A program made the position numbers and the translations under genes. The notes under the pieces are model-generated. The model saw nothing but the letters and a program-made list of their open reading frames with translations. It had not been told where the DNA came from and searched no databases. Positions 10,465 to 20,267 of a DNA stretch of 64,000 bases are shown piece by piece. Each line of letters starts with the position of its first letter. The first letter of the stretch is position 1. This DNA comes from an uncultured Verrucomicrobiae bacterium (GTDB taxonomy: Bacteria; Verrucomicrobiota; Verrucomicrobiia; Chthoniobacterales; JAATET01), in contig CAVRCI010000004.1 of NCBI GenBank assembly GCA_963719495.1, forward strand, positions 32,001 through 96,000, given 5' to 3'.

Positions 10465-10935
10465 TTAGCGGAAGACGGCCAGGACCCGGCGTTCGAGGTC
10501 GTGTTTAATGCTGTGGCGGATCTTTTCGGGGTCGGTGATGTACATGGCGTGAACGTAGAGCGTTTTGCGGTCGTCGCTGAGGTCAAGGCTGAGAGTGCCG
10601 GGCGTCATGGTGATGAGGTTGGCGAGAAGGGTGATCTCGAAATCGGTCTTGGCGTCGAGCGGGACGGCGACGATGCCGGGTCTCATGTGGTGGGTGGGCG
10701 TGAGGATGTCGAAGGCGACGGTGAAGTTGGAGTGGAAAAGCTCCCAGGCGTAGTAGGCGACGAAGCCGAGGACGTCATTGGGTTTCCTGAAGTAGCGGAC
10801 GCCGGGTTCGTGTCGGTAGACGAGGGCGAGGGCTCCGTAGCCGAGCAGGAACCCGGACGCGAGCGTCCAGGCGTCGAAGGTGCCGAGGAGTCCGGCCCAG
10901 ACGATGGCGAGAATGAGATTGATGGCGAAAATCAT
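10465..10935 (-). CDS. mrpE: Mrp/Mnh antiporter subunit E
   Basis: [18 protein letters not shown]. Confidence 0.93.
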   Translation of the reverse strand: MIFAINLILAIVWAGLLGTFDAWTLASGFLLGYGALALVYRHEPGVRYFRKPNDVLGFVAYYAWELFHSNFTVAFDILTPTHHMRPGIVAVPLDAKTDFEITLLANLITMTPGTLSLDLSDDRKTLYVHAMYITDPEKIRHSIKHDLERRVLAVFR

Positions 10936-12446
10936 GGCGCGGCGGGACCGAGGACGGCCTGGACGTATTGGGCGGGATCAAGTAGCTGCGTGGCGGCACG
11001 CATCGCGAAGTCGAAGAAGAACTCCGGCGTGAAACCGATGACGAGCGTGATGGTGGCGAGGGCGGCGACGGGCGTGTAGAGAAGAAATTTGTCCAGCGGG
11101 GAGATGGCGTCGATCACGACGGGCGTCCCGGGTTTTTTCCAAAACGCTTCGGCCCAGATTTTCGTCATGGAGAAGAGGGTGAGGAGACCGACGGCGAGGG
11201 CGATACCGGCCATCACGTAGCCGCCGACGGGGAAGGCGGTGTCCCCGGCGAGAGAGGCTTTGATGAGGGTGAACTTCGCGAAGAATCCGGAGAGCGGCGG
11301 GATGCCGCCGAGGGACATGGCGGGGATGAAAAAGAGGATCGCGAGGAGCGGCGTGGCGGCGTAGAGGCCGCCCATTTTTTTCAGGTAGGCGGTGCCGTTG
11401 TAACGCTGGGCGATGCCGCTGATGAGGAAGAGGTTGGCCTTCACGATGATGTGATGAAAGAGGTAGAAGACGGTCCCGGCGAGGGCGAGCGGGGTGAAGA
11501 GGGCGAGGCCGAGGAGCATGTAGCCGATCTGGCTGACGATGTGGAAGGAGAGGAGTCGGCGGAAATCGAATTGCGCGACGGCCCCGAGGACACCGGTGAC
11601 CATCGTGAATCCGGCGAGGACGAGGAGGAGCGTGTGCGTGTAGTCGAAGTCGCCGGTGAAGATGAGGGTGAAGACGCGGATGAGGGCGTAGACCCCGACT
11701 TTGGTGAGGAGTCCGGCGAAGACGGCGGAGATGGCGACCGGGGTGGTGTGGTAGGACGCGGGGAGCCAGAAGAAGAGTGGGAAAATGCCGGCTTTCACGC
11801 CGAAGGCGACGAGGAAGAGCATCGCGGTGATGGTGAGAAGGGCGGGGTCCATCAGCTCGCCGACGCGCACGCTGAGGTCGGCGAAATTCAGCGTGCCGGT
11901 CTTCGCGTAGAGGATGCCAATGCCGGCGAGGAAGAGGGCGGACGAGACGAGGTTGAGGATGACGTATTTGACCGAACCCTCCATCTGCGGGCGTTCGCCG
12001 CCGAGGGTCATGAGGACGAAGGACGCGATGAGCATGACCTCGAACCAGACGAACATGTTAAAGAGATCGCCGGTGAGAAACGCGCCGCAGATCCCCATCA
12101 TCATGAGGTGCAGGAAGGCGTAGTAGCCGAAGCGCTCGCGTTCGCGGTCGATATCGGCGAGCGAGTAGACGGCGGTCGCGAGGCCGATGACCGCCGACAC
12201 CAGGAGCATGATGGCCGCGAGGAGGTCGGCGACGAGGGTGATGCCGTAGGGCGCGGGCCAATTGCCCAACTGGACGACCTGGATGCCGTCGGAGGAAACG
12301 CGGGCGAGCAGGGTGGCGGCGACGGCGACGAGGGTGGCCATACCGATGACGCCGATGACGCGTTGGGCGACGACGTTTTTCCACGCGAGGATGCACGCGA
12401 GTGCCGCGACGAATGGGGTGAAGACGCAGAGGGTCAGGGCGTCCAT
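10932..12446 (-). CDS. mrpD: Mrp/Mnh antiporter subunit D
   Basis: [43 protein letters not shown]; start set at MDALTLC (12446). Confidence 0.95.
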   Translation of the reverse strand: MDALTLCVFTPFVAALACILAWKNVVAQRVIGVIGMATLVAVAATLLARVSSDGIQVVQLGNWPAPYGITLVADLLAAIMLLVSAVIGLATAVYSLADIDRERERFGYYAFLHLMMMGICGAFLTGDLFNMFVWFEVMLIASFVLMTLGGERPQMEGSVKYVILNLVSSALFLAGIGILYAKTGTLNFADLSVRVGELMDPALLTITAMLFLVAFGVKAGIFPLFFWLPASYHTTPVAISAVFAGLLTKVGVYALIRVFTLIFTGDFDYTHTLLLVLAGFTMVTGVLGAVAQFDFRRLLSFHIVSQIGYMLLGLALFTPLALAGTVFYLFHHIIVKANLFLISGIAQRYNGTAYLKKMGGLYAATPLLAILFFIPAMSLGGIPPLSGFFAKFTLIKASLAGDTAFPVGGYVMAGIALAVGLLTLFSMTKIWAEAFWKKPGTPVVIDAISPLDKFLLYTPVAALATITLVIGFTPEFFFDFAMRAATQLLDPAQYVQAVLGPAAP

Positions 12447-12546
12447 CGGAAGGTGATTTTGGACCACGAGGGTGGGGAGACGAGGAAGGGGGGCGCGGAG
12501 TGCGGGTTCTTCCCGGGCTGCCTGATCATCATGGTTGCGGAAATTC

Positions 12547-12891
12547 TCACGTTTCGTCGTTGAGCTCGTTGAGGTCGTCGGTTCCGGTGGTGCGGTAGGC
12601 GCGCTGGGCCATGACGAGGGTGAAGGCGATGACGCCGAAGCCGATGACGATCGCGGTGAGGACGAGGGCTTGTGGGAGCGGGTCGGCCGCGGTGGCGGCG
12701 AGGACTTTCGAACCTTCCGGCACGAAGGCGGGCGCGCCTTTTTTGAGGCCGGCGGCGGTGAAGATGAGGAGATTCGAGGCGTGGCCGATGAAGACGATGC
12801 CGAGGATGATCTTGATGAGATGACGGCGCAGGAGGAGGTACGCGCCGGCGGCGTAGAGGACGCCGACGGTGATGGCGAGGGCGAGTTCCAT
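12547..12891 (-). CDS. mrpC: Mrp/Mnh antiporter subunit C
   Basis: [16 protein letters not shown]; start MELALAIT (12891) overlaps the mrpB stop. Confidence 0.94.
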   Translation of the reverse strand: MELALAITVGVLYAAGAYLLLRRHLIKIILGIVFIGHASNLLIFTAAGLKKGAPAFVPEGSKVLAATAADPLPQALVLTAIVIGFGVIAFTLVMAQRAYRTTGTDDLNELNDET

Positions 12892-13322
12892 TACGAGTCG
12901 TCCTCCTCGGCTTCGGCCAGGGTGAAGATGATGACAAGCGTGATGCCGGTGACGACGATGTAGACGCCGACATCGAAGAGGAGGGGGGTGCCGAGCTTGC
13001 CGATGACGGGGATCTCGGTGAGGTCCCAGGCACCGGTCAGGAGGGGGAGGCCGGAGGGGAGGCCGAAGAGGCCGCTGACGAGAGCGATCGCGAGGCCGAC
13101 GCCGATGAGGGTGTGGGGTTCGACGCCGAGAGTTTGGCGGGCGGCGGCGGGGCCGGAGGCGAGGGCTTTGAGCGCGAAAGCGGTCGCTGCGACCAGACCA
13201 CCGGCGAATCCTCCGCCGGGGAGGTTGTGGCCGCGCAGGAGGAGGAACGCGGAGAAGACCAGGAGCAGCCCCATGAGGAGGCGCGTCGTCGTCTCGAGAA
13301 TGACGGAATTTTTGCCGATCAC
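12891..13322 (-). CDS. mrpB: Mrp/Mnh antiporter subunit B
   Basis: GHNLPGGGFAGGL, FDVGVY. Confidence 0.94.
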   Translation of the reverse strand: MIGKNSVILETTTRLLMGLLLVFSAFLLLRGHNLPGGGFAGGLVAATAFALKALASGPAAARQTLGVEPHTLIGVGLAIALVSGLFGLPSGLPLLTGAWDLTEIPVIGKLGTPLLFDVGVYIVVTGITLVIIFTLAEAEEDDS

Positions 13323-15643
13323 GCGTCCTCCTTTTTCTTACTCTTGAGTCGGAGCATGGCGAAGATGCCGAGGGCGGCGATGGCGAGGACGGTGATCTCG
13401 CCAAGGGTGTCGAGCGCGCGGAAGTCGACGAGGATGACGTTCACGACGTTGCGGCCGTAGGCGGCGGGGTAGCTTTGTTCGCCCATGAACGCGGAGATGC
13501 GCTCCTTCGCCGGGTCGAAGTGGTAGGCGACGAGGACGAGAACGGTCATGAGGGCGCCGAACCCGGTGGCGAGGACGGCGTCGAGGCTCATGACGCGCTT
13601 CGAGGAAAGCGGCTTCATGAGCGGTAATCGGAAGAAGGCGAGAACGAAGAGCACTACGGTGAGCGCCTCGACGAGAATCTGGGTCATCGCGAGATCCGGC
13701 GCGCTGTAGAGGAAGAAGAGCATGGCGATGCCGAGGCCGACGACTCCGAGGGTGACGATGGCCGTGAAGCGGTTCTGCGCGAGACAGGTGGCGATGGCGG
13801 CGGCGATGATGAGGCCGCAGGTGACGAGGCCGAGGACGGACGGGGTGACCATGCCGCTGACGTTGACGGTGAAGGGAGTGAAGGGAAGGCGGACGAGGAG
13901 GAGCGCCGCGGTGAAACCGCCGATGGTGAGGAGGTAATTGCGGAGCGAGCCGCTCTGGAGGATGCGGGTCTGCGTGGCGCTCACCGTGGCGAGGGCTTGG
14001 AGCAGGAATCCGTAGAGACGCTCGGGGCCGACGGCGGCGAAGGCGGCGTAGATCTTCGTCGCCGACCGGAAACGCCCGGAGACGACGGTGAGCAGGATGC
14101 CACCGACGACCGTGACGCCGCTGAGGAGAAGGGCGGTGGAGAAGCCGTGCCAGAGCTTGAGGTCGGGCGGATACGAGGTGGCGGCGACGGCTTGGACGGC
14201 GGGTCCGATGAGGAAATCGCCGGGCCAGCCGGGAAGGATGCCGAATTTGATCGCGGCGAGGCCGAGCACGATTGGGCCAATCCACATCGTCCACGGGGCT
14301 TCGTGGGGTTTCTTCGGCGTCTCGCCGTTGGGTTTACCCCAGAAGGGACGGAGTCCCGCGGTGATCGCGAGGGCGAACATGGCGATGCTCGCGGTCACGC
14401 CGAGGGCCTCCCAGAGGTAACTGGGGCCGTCTGCGGCGAGCAGGGCTTTGTAGAAATATTCCTTGCTGACGAAGCCGAGGAAGAGCGGGATGCCCGCCAT
14501 GGAGAGCGCGCCGACGAGGGCGGCGATCGCCGTGAGCGGCATGGTGCGGCGGAGGCCGCCGAGGAGCTCGACGTCGCGGGAACCGGTCGCGTGGTCGACG
14601 GATCCGGCGGCCATGAAGAGGGCGGCTTTGTAGAGGGCGTGGGCGAGGAGGTAGACGAGGCAGGCCTTGATGGCGAGCTCGGTGCCGAGGCCGAGGAGGA
14701 GGACGAGGGTGCCGAGGACGGCGAGCGTCGAGTAGGCGAGGATTTTTTTCAGGTCGCGTTGGCCGAGGCCGAGGAGAACACCGAGGATCATGGTGATCGC
14801 GCCGACGGGGGCCACGATGGCGAGCCAGAGGCGGTGGTCGTCGAGCACGGGGTGGAGGCGGGCGAGGAGAAAGACGCCGGCTTTGACCATGGTGGCGGAG
14901 TGCAGGAAGGAGCTGACCGGCGCCGGGGCGGCCATGGCGTTCGGGAGCCAGAAGTGAAAGGGGAATTGGGCGGACTTCGTGAACGCACCGAGGAGGATGA
15001 GGATGAGGGTCGCGGGGAAGAGCGGGCTTTCCGTGACGATTTTCGGGTCGATTCGGAGGAGTTCGGAGATCTCGAACGTGCCCGCAATTCGCCCGAGCAG
15101 GATGAGCCCGGCCATGAGGGCGAGGCCGCCGAGGCCGGTGACGAGAAGGGCTTGGAGGGCGGCGGCGCGGGACTCGGGTTTGTCGGCGTAGTAGCCGATG
15201 AGGAGGTAGGACGTGATGCTGGTGAGCTCCCAGAAGACGAGCAGGAGGATGAGATTGTCGGCGGCGACGAGGCCGAGCATCGCGCCCATGAAGGCGAGGA
15301 GGTAGAGGAGAAACCGACCGAGATAGGGGTCCCCGTGCAGGTAGCCGGTCGCATACCAGACGACGAACGTGCCGATGAGTGAGACGATGAGGAGAAAGAG
15401 GAGGCTGAGACCGTCGACGTAAAAGGTGAGCGCCAGATCGAGGGAGGGGACCCAGGGAATGACGAGGCGGTGGGCCTCGCCCGCCATAACGGCGGGGACG
15501 AGCGTGGTGAAGTAGGCGAACGCCGCGAGCGGCACGAGCGCGAGGACGATGCCGACGGCGTCGCCGAAACGGCGATGGAGAAATGGCGCGACGGCTCCCG
15601 CGAGGAAGACGGCTCCTATGGCGATGAGGAGGCCGGTTGGCAT
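13319..15643 (-). CDS. mrpA: Mrp/Mnh antiporter subunit A
   Basis: FWELTS, KSAQFPFHFWLPNAMAAPAPVSSFLHSATMVKAG, APDLAMTQ, NVVNVILVDFRALDTLGE. Confidence 0.96.
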   Translation of the reverse strand: MPTGLLIAIGAVFLAGAVAPFLHRRFGDAVGIVLALVPLAAFAYFTTLVPAVMAGEAHRLVIPWVPSLDLALTFYVDGLSLLFLLIVSLIGTFVVWYATGYLHGDPYLGRFLLYLLAFMGAMLGLVAADNLILLLVFWELTSITSYLLIGYYADKPESRAAALQALLVTGLGGLALMAGLILLGRIAGTFEISELLRIDPKIVTESPLFPATLILILLGAFTKSAQFPFHFWLPNAMAAPAPVSSFLHSATMVKAGVFLLARLHPVLDDHRLWLAIVAPVGAITMILGVLLGLGQRDLKKILAYSTLAVLGTLVLLLGLGTELAIKACLVYLLAHALYKAALFMAAGSVDHATGSRDVELLGGLRRTMPLTAIAALVGALSMAGIPLFLGFVSKEYFYKALLAADGPSYLWEALGVTASIAMFALAITAGLRPFWGKPNGETPKKPHEAPWTMWIGPIVLGLAAIKFGILPGWPGDFLIGPAVQAVAATSYPPDLKLWHGFSTALLLSGVTVVGGILLTVVSGRFRSATKIYAAFAAVGPERLYGFLLQALATVSATQTRILQSGSLRNYLLTIGGFTAALLLVRLPFTPFTVNVSGMVTPSVLGLVTCGLIIAAAIATCLAQNRFTAIVTLGVVGLGIAMLFFLYSAPDLAMTQILVEALTVVLFVLAFFRLPLMKPLSSKRVMSLDAVLATGFGALMTVLVLVAYHFDPAKERISAFMGEQSYPAAYGRNVVNVILVDFRALDTLGEITVLAIAALGIFAMLRLKSKKKEDA

Positions 15644-15685
15644 GGGGTCAGGGTGAAAAGGAATGAAACTTTGCTTTTGGGTTGG

Positions 15686-15711
15686 GTCGGCGATTGCAAA
15701 TCGCCGCTCCT
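15686..15711. repeat. REP-like hairpin GGCGATTGCAAATCGCCGCTCCT
   Basis: Near-identical copies at 29025, 39654 and 46381; degenerate copies at 25853 and 56222. Confidence 0.75.
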
Positions 15712-15724
15712 CGAGCGCCGACCG

Positions 15725-17254
15725 TCACGAGGGAAGGAGCATGAAGCAGAGGCCCATGATGAGGGTGGGGATCAGCGCTGCGAGGAGGAGCTTGAGCGGA
15801 TTGACGCCGTCGGGGCCGAAGTATTTTTGGAGGATCGATTGGCCCGCTGGGTTGGGCGCGTTGGCGATGACCGTGAGGCCGCCGCCGGTGACTGCGCCCG
15901 CGACGACCGCGTATTTGAGTTCGTCGGAAAAGTTGGGGACCAGCGAGGCGAGATACGTGATGGCGGCGTTATCGTTGAAGGCCGTGAGGACGACGGCCCC
16001 GATCATGAGGGGCGTCTCGGTGAGGCTGCTGAGGACGGGCGCGATCCACCAGGCTTGGAATCCGCCGTGGATGACGAGGGACGCGAGGAAAAATCCGACG
16101 AGGAGCGGGGAGCGAAGTTTGATGAGGTCCTGATTACGCTCGGTCGCCTGAACGTAAGCGATGAACAACAGGAGGCTGAGGACGACGAGGGCCGGGTGGT
16201 GCGAGACGAAAACGACCCACGCGATGAAGCCAAGGTGGGTGAGCGTGATCCAGAGCGGGACGTCGCGCTGATCGGATTGTTTCATTTCCGGGTCGACCTT
16301 GAGCGCGGTCAATTCTTTCCGGAATGCCGCGAAGAAAATGGCGTTGGCAACGAGGATTCCGATGACGGCTTTCCAGCCGAAGTGGGTGAACATGAAAACG
16401 AGTCCCCAATCCCAGGTGGCGGCCACCATGACGACGGGCGGCGCGGCGAAGTGATCGAGCGTGCCGCCGACGGAGATGTTGACGAAGAGCAGGCCGATCG
16501 TCGCGTAGCGGAGGTTCATGCTCGGCTTGAGCTTGTAAAAACGGTCGACCAGCAGAATGGCGCAGATCGTCATCGCGGCAGGTTCCGTGATGAACGAGCC
16601 GAGGAGCGGGCCGACGGTGAGAATCGAGAGCCACCACGCGGCGGGGGTGCTGCCGCCGAGGGACGCGACCTTGGCCAGCGCCAGCTCCGCGATGTGCAGA
16701 ACGGGTCGCGAACTGGCGATGATCATGATCGCGACGACGAAAATCGGTTCGGTGAAATTGACGTGGTCGATGTAGGAAAAGAGATCGTCGAGCCCGGCGA
16801 AGGCGAGGACGGCGATGCCGAGCGGAATCAGCCAGATTCCGAAGACGGCTTCGACTTCGCCGAGGAAGTGAAACAGGGTGGATTTGAACTGCAGCCAGTC
16901 CCGGCGGGAAGTGACGGCCCGGGGCGACTCGGGATGGGCCTCGTCGGACTCGAGTCGTTGGAACCTTTCGTGATAACCGTGCGAGATCGAAAGGAACTTG
17001 GAGGCGAGAAACGTGTGGACGATGGCTCCAAGGAAAATGAGCGAGCCGACGAGGTTGAAGGGTTCCTGCTTGATTCGATCCAGGAGGACGGCTCCGACGT
17101 GCGGGAGACCGGCGTCGTTGTAGGACTCCAGCGACGGTGGGAAACTGGCCTGCTGAGCGGCGGCGAGGGAGTCCGCCGAGGCGTGGGCCGTGCCGACCGA
17201 CGCGCCGATCCAGAACAGAAATGCGGCAAGGCAGAGGGTGAAGCGGGTTCTCAT
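15725..17254 (-). CDS. Putative Na+/H+ antiporter (DUF1504-type)
   Basis: FHFLGEVEAVFGIW, GSFITEPAAMT, LLFVNISVGG, FAAPPV, DNAAITYL, GGGLTVIANAPNPAG; N-terminal signal-like segment. Confidence 0.85.
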   Translation of the reverse strand: MRTRFTLCLAAFLFWIGASVGTAHASADSLAAAQQASFPPSLESYNDAGLPHVGAVLLDRIKQEPFNLVGSLIFLGAIVHTFLASKFLSISHGYHERFQRLESDEAHPESPRAVTSRRDWLQFKSTLFHFLGEVEAVFGIWLIPLGIAVLAFAGLDDLFSYIDHVNFTEPIFVVAIMIIASSRPVLHIAELALAKVASLGGSTPAAWWLSILTVGPLLGSFITEPAAMTICAILLVDRFYKLKPSMNLRYATIGLLFVNISVGGTLDHFAAPPVVMVAATWDWGLVFMFTHFGWKAVIGILVANAIFFAAFRKELTALKVDPEMKQSDQRDVPLWITLTHLGFIAWVVFVSHHPALVVLSLLLFIAYVQATERNQDLIKLRSPLLVGFFLASLVIHGGFQAWWIAPVLSSLTETPLMIGAVVLTAFNDNAAITYLASLVPNFSDELKYAVVAGAVTGGGLTVIANAPNPAGQSILQKYFGPDGVNPLKLLLAALIPTLIMGLCFMLLPS

Positions 17255-17272
17255 TGTGGCGGTGGCGCGGGA

Positions 17273-18145
17273 CTATGCCGAAGTTTCTTCCGACTTGGCA
17301 ACCGGAAGTGGTCCCGGCGTCGATTTCTCGAGCTCGGACCGGAGTTGGCGCAGATCCTTGTCGATGCGTTCGAGCAGGTCGCGGGTTTCCGGCGCCAAAG
17401 TCCCGGGTTCCGGGGTGAGCGCGAGTTCCTGCATCGTCGAGACGATGATGCCGATGAAGAGATTGAGAATCGTGAACGTCGCGATGATGATGAACGGCAC
17501 GAAGAAGGCCCAAGCCCACGGGTGCGTGAGCATGACGGGGCGGACGATCCCCATCGACCAGCTCTCGAGCGTCATGATCTGGAAGAGTGAATAGAGACTC
17601 GCGCCGAGTGAGCCGAACCATTCGTCGTGCGTCGCTCCGAAGAGGCGGGTGGCGAGCACTCCCGCGGTGTAGAAGAAAATCGCCATCACCGCGACGACGC
17701 CGGCCAGACCCGGGATCGCGTGCAGAAACGCGGCGACGACTTTGCGAAGCGCGGGAATGACGGTAAGTAAACGCAGGACGCGGAGGACGCGGAGCGAACG
17801 CAGGACGGCCCAGGGTCCGGCGCCGGGGACGAGAGCGACGCCGACGACGAGGAAGTCGAAGACGTTCCAACCGCTTCGCCAGAAGGCGAGACGGTAGGCC
17901 AGGAGCTTGGCGGCGATTTCGACGATGAAGATGACGAGGCAGGCCTTGTCGACGATCAGAAGCGGGAAGCCCCATCGGGCCATGATCGCGGCATCGGTTT
18001 CCAGACCCAGCACGACGGCGTTGAGCAGGATGACGCCGATGATGAAAGACTGAACCCGGGTGGATTCGACCCACGTCGCCAGCGTGATCCGCCACGGCGA
18101 GACGCCGCGTCTGGCGAGAAGATTTTGGAGGTCGATGTCGCCCAC
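17273..18145 (-). CDS. Bacterial voltage-gated sodium channel (BacNav-type ion transporter)
   Basis: S3 WNVFDF, S4 LRSLRVLRVLRL, pore FQIMTLESWSMGIVRP, S6 NLFIGIIV, C-terminal coiled coil. Confidence 0.92.
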   Translation of the reverse strand: MGDIDLQNLLARRGVSPWRITLATWVESTRVQSFIIGVILLNAVVLGLETDAAIMARWGFPLLIVDKACLVIFIVEIAAKLLAYRLAFWRSGWNVFDFLVVGVALVPGAGPWAVLRSLRVLRVLRLLTVIPALRKVVAAFLHAIPGLAGVVAVMAIFFYTAGVLATRLFGATHDEWFGSLGASLYSLFQIMTLESWSMGIVRPVMLTHPWAWAFFVPFIIIATFTILNLFIGIIVSTMQELALTPEPGTLAPETRDLLERIDKDLRQLRSELEKSTPGPLPVAKSEETSA

Positions 18146-18199
18146 GGCGGGAATAGGTAGCGATGGAACCCGGCGCGTGCCACCGGATTTTTTGTCGAC

Positions 18200-19093
18200 T
18201 CAACGCAGGGCCCGCGACGCCGCGTCGGAGATCGCGGCGGCACCCAATTGCTGAAACTCTCGTTCCGGAGTGATCAGAAAAAGGTCTTCGGTCACTCCGG
18301 ACGAGATGGCGAGGCGGACGAGGCCGTAGCGGACCGCGACCGACTTGGCGGCGGGTCGCAAGACCGGGACAGCCCCGGTGGCGGCGGCCGCCAGCTCGAA
18401 CATGGTGGCCGTGTCGTCGAATTCGCCCACGACGCGCGGGACGATCCCGGCGGCGTGCCACGTCGCGTCGAGCTGCCGCCGCAAGGGTGACTCGCGGGTG
18501 GGCAGGAGGACCGGAAAGTCGTCGAGCCCCGAGGCCCGGCGGAAGCGGGCCTTCAGGCTGGGGGACGCCATGAAATCGATGGCGAACGAGCCGATCTTCC
18601 TGCTGTGCAGAATCGTGCGGAGGGACGAAGGCGCGGGTTCGTTGGCGATCACGAGATCGAGCTGGTGCGCCGCGAGCGCGGGCACGAGTTCGCTGGGAAG
18701 ACCCTCGCGGACAATCACGCGAAGGGTGGAAAGCGTGGCGAGCGCGGATTCGAGGATGCGGGCGGCAATGAGTTTCGGGACCGAATCGGTGATCCCGACC
18801 AGGGTGCGTTCCGGCACGCCGACACCGCCCCGGGTCACGACCTCGACCAGTTCGTCTCCGAGCAGGATGATCCGCTCCGCGTAGCGGCGAACGATCCGCC
18901 CGGTCTCGGTGAGCGTCATTCTACGGTGCTCGCGCTGAAACAGAGGGGTGCCAAGAAACGCTTCGAACTCGGAGATTTGCGCACTCAAGGTCGGCGGCGA
19001 GACGGCGATCTGACGGGCGGCTCCGGCGATGCCGCCCGCTTCGGCGACGGCGAAGAAGTAGCGGAGATGGTGGTAGTTGAGTTGGGTGTTCAT
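18200..19093 (-). CDS. LysR-family regulator, NhaR-like
   Basis: LNYHHLRYF...SPPTLSAQI HTH; VGITDSVPK, HQLDLV and EFDD.A are typical of the NhaR subfamily. Confidence 0.88.
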   Translation of the reverse strand: MNTQLNYHHLRYFFAVAEAGGIAGAARQIAVSPPTLSAQISEFEAFLGTPLFQREHRRMTLTETGRIVRRYAERIILLGDELVEVVTRGGVGVPERTLVGITDSVPKLIAARILESALATLSTLRVIVREGLPSELVPALAAHQLDLVIANEPAPSSLRTILHSRKIGSFAIDFMASPSLKARFRRASGLDDFPVLLPTRESPLRRQLDATWHAAGIVPRVVGEFDDTATMFELAAAATGAVPVLRPAAKSVAVRYGLVRLAISSGVTEDLFLITPEREFQQLGAAAISDAASRALR

Positions 19094-19096
19094 GAA

Positions 19097-19142
19097 TTCG
19101 GAAAAAACGAACGATCAGTTAGTTACTTCGTATTTTAAAAAT
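19097..19142. promoter_or_regulatory. Putative LysR operator in the divergent promoter
   Basis: TTCG-N7-CGAA (ttcggaaaaaacgaa, 19097-19111), containing the T-N11-A LysR box. A degenerate second site ttcgtattttaaaaa lies at 19128-19142 in the AT-rich 75-bp gap. Confidence 0.55.
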
Positions 19143-19168
19143 TTGGAAGCGTCGTCGATGATCCGGCG

Positions 19169-19861
19169 ATGATTCCTTTGATTCTATTGTTTGTCGGGAC
19201 GATGGGCCTTTCCCTCTGGGCTGGCTGGCGGGTGAAGAGCGTGTATCGCCGGTACGCGGATGTCGGGACGGTGGCCGGACTGACCGGAGCGGAAGCGGCG
19301 CGCCGCATCATGGCCGCCGAAGGGGTCGACCGCGTCGAAATCTTGGCGCGGGAAGGGATGCTGGGTGACCACTACGATCCGATTCATCGGCGGCTCGTGC
19401 TGAGCGACGAGAATTACCACGGATCATCGGTGTCGGCGGTGGCGGTCGCCGCGCACGAGGCGGGGCACGCGATCCAGCACGCCCGGGGTTATGCGCCGCT
19501 CGAGTGGCGAATGATGGCGGTTGGGGCGACCACCTTCGCGAGTCAGTTGGTGATGTGGCTGCCCCTGATCGGTCTCTTCACGGGATTGGTCTCGGGGTCG
19601 CTGATGCTGACGATCATGGCGGTTGGTTGGGGGGTGATCATGCTCTTCAATCTGGTGACGCTGCCGGTCGAATTCGACGCGTCGAGCCGCGCCAAGCGGG
19701 CGCTGGCCAACGCGGGGATCGTCATCGGCGTCTCCGAAGCGGACGGCGTGAACCGGGTGCTCAACGCGGCGGCCTTCACCTACGTCGCCGCCTTTATCAC
19801 TTCGTTTGCCTACCTCGTCTGGCACCTGCTGCCGCTCCTGATGGGACGTTCCGAGGAATGA
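19169..19861 (+). CDS. Membrane neutral zinc metallopeptidase (YugP family)
   Basis: LTGAEAAR, DHYDP, AAHEAGHAIQ (HExxH), TLPVEFDAS, AAFTYVA. Confidence 0.92.
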   Translation: MIPLILLFVGTMGLSLWAGWRVKSVYRRYADVGTVAGLTGAEAARRIMAAEGVDRVEILAREGMLGDHYDPIHRRLVLSDENYHGSSVSAVAVAAHEAGHAIQHARGYAPLEWRMMAVGATTFASQLVMWLPLIGLFTGLVSGSLMLTIMAVGWGVIMLFNLVTLPVEFDASSRAKRALANAGIVIGVSEADGVNRVLNAAAFTYVAAFITSFAYLVWHLLPLLMGRSEE

Positions 19862-19865
19862 AATT

Positions 19866-20258
19866 ATGAAAGACAAATCAGAAACGGCGCAGACCTTCGA
19901 CGAACACATCGAGGCCGAACGGGTTCACATCAACCGCGCGGCAATGATTCGGCTCGTGGGGTTCTCGGAACGGGTGCGGGCAAAATTGGCGGAGCCGGGG
20001 GCGGTGGCGATCCCCGCGCTCGTCGAAGGGGGGGAGCGATTGATGCGCGCGCTGGAGAGGGGCAACGCGGAAGGAATCCGGGACCCGCTGCCTTCGGCGG
20101 TGGCGGAGGCCGGTGTGGCGATCCAATACCTTCTCAAAGGGATGGACTTGATCCCGGATTCGGTTCCAGGTTTGGGGTTTCTCGACGACGCGGCACTGAT
20201 CGCGAAAGTGATCGATCGGAATCCGGAGTTCCACGACCCGGCGTGGCGGAATTCCTAG
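19866..20258 (+). CDS. DUF1232/YkvA-family protein
   Basis: Y...DLIPDSVPGLGFLDD motif. Confidence 0.8.
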   Translation: MKDKSETAQTFDEHIEAERVHINRAAMIRLVGFSERVRAKLAEPGAVAIPALVEGGERLMRALERGNAEGIRDPLPSAVAEAGVAIQYLLKGMDLIPDSVPGLGFLDDAALIAKVIDRNPEFHDPAWRNS

Positions 20259-20267
20259 CCGGTCGTA

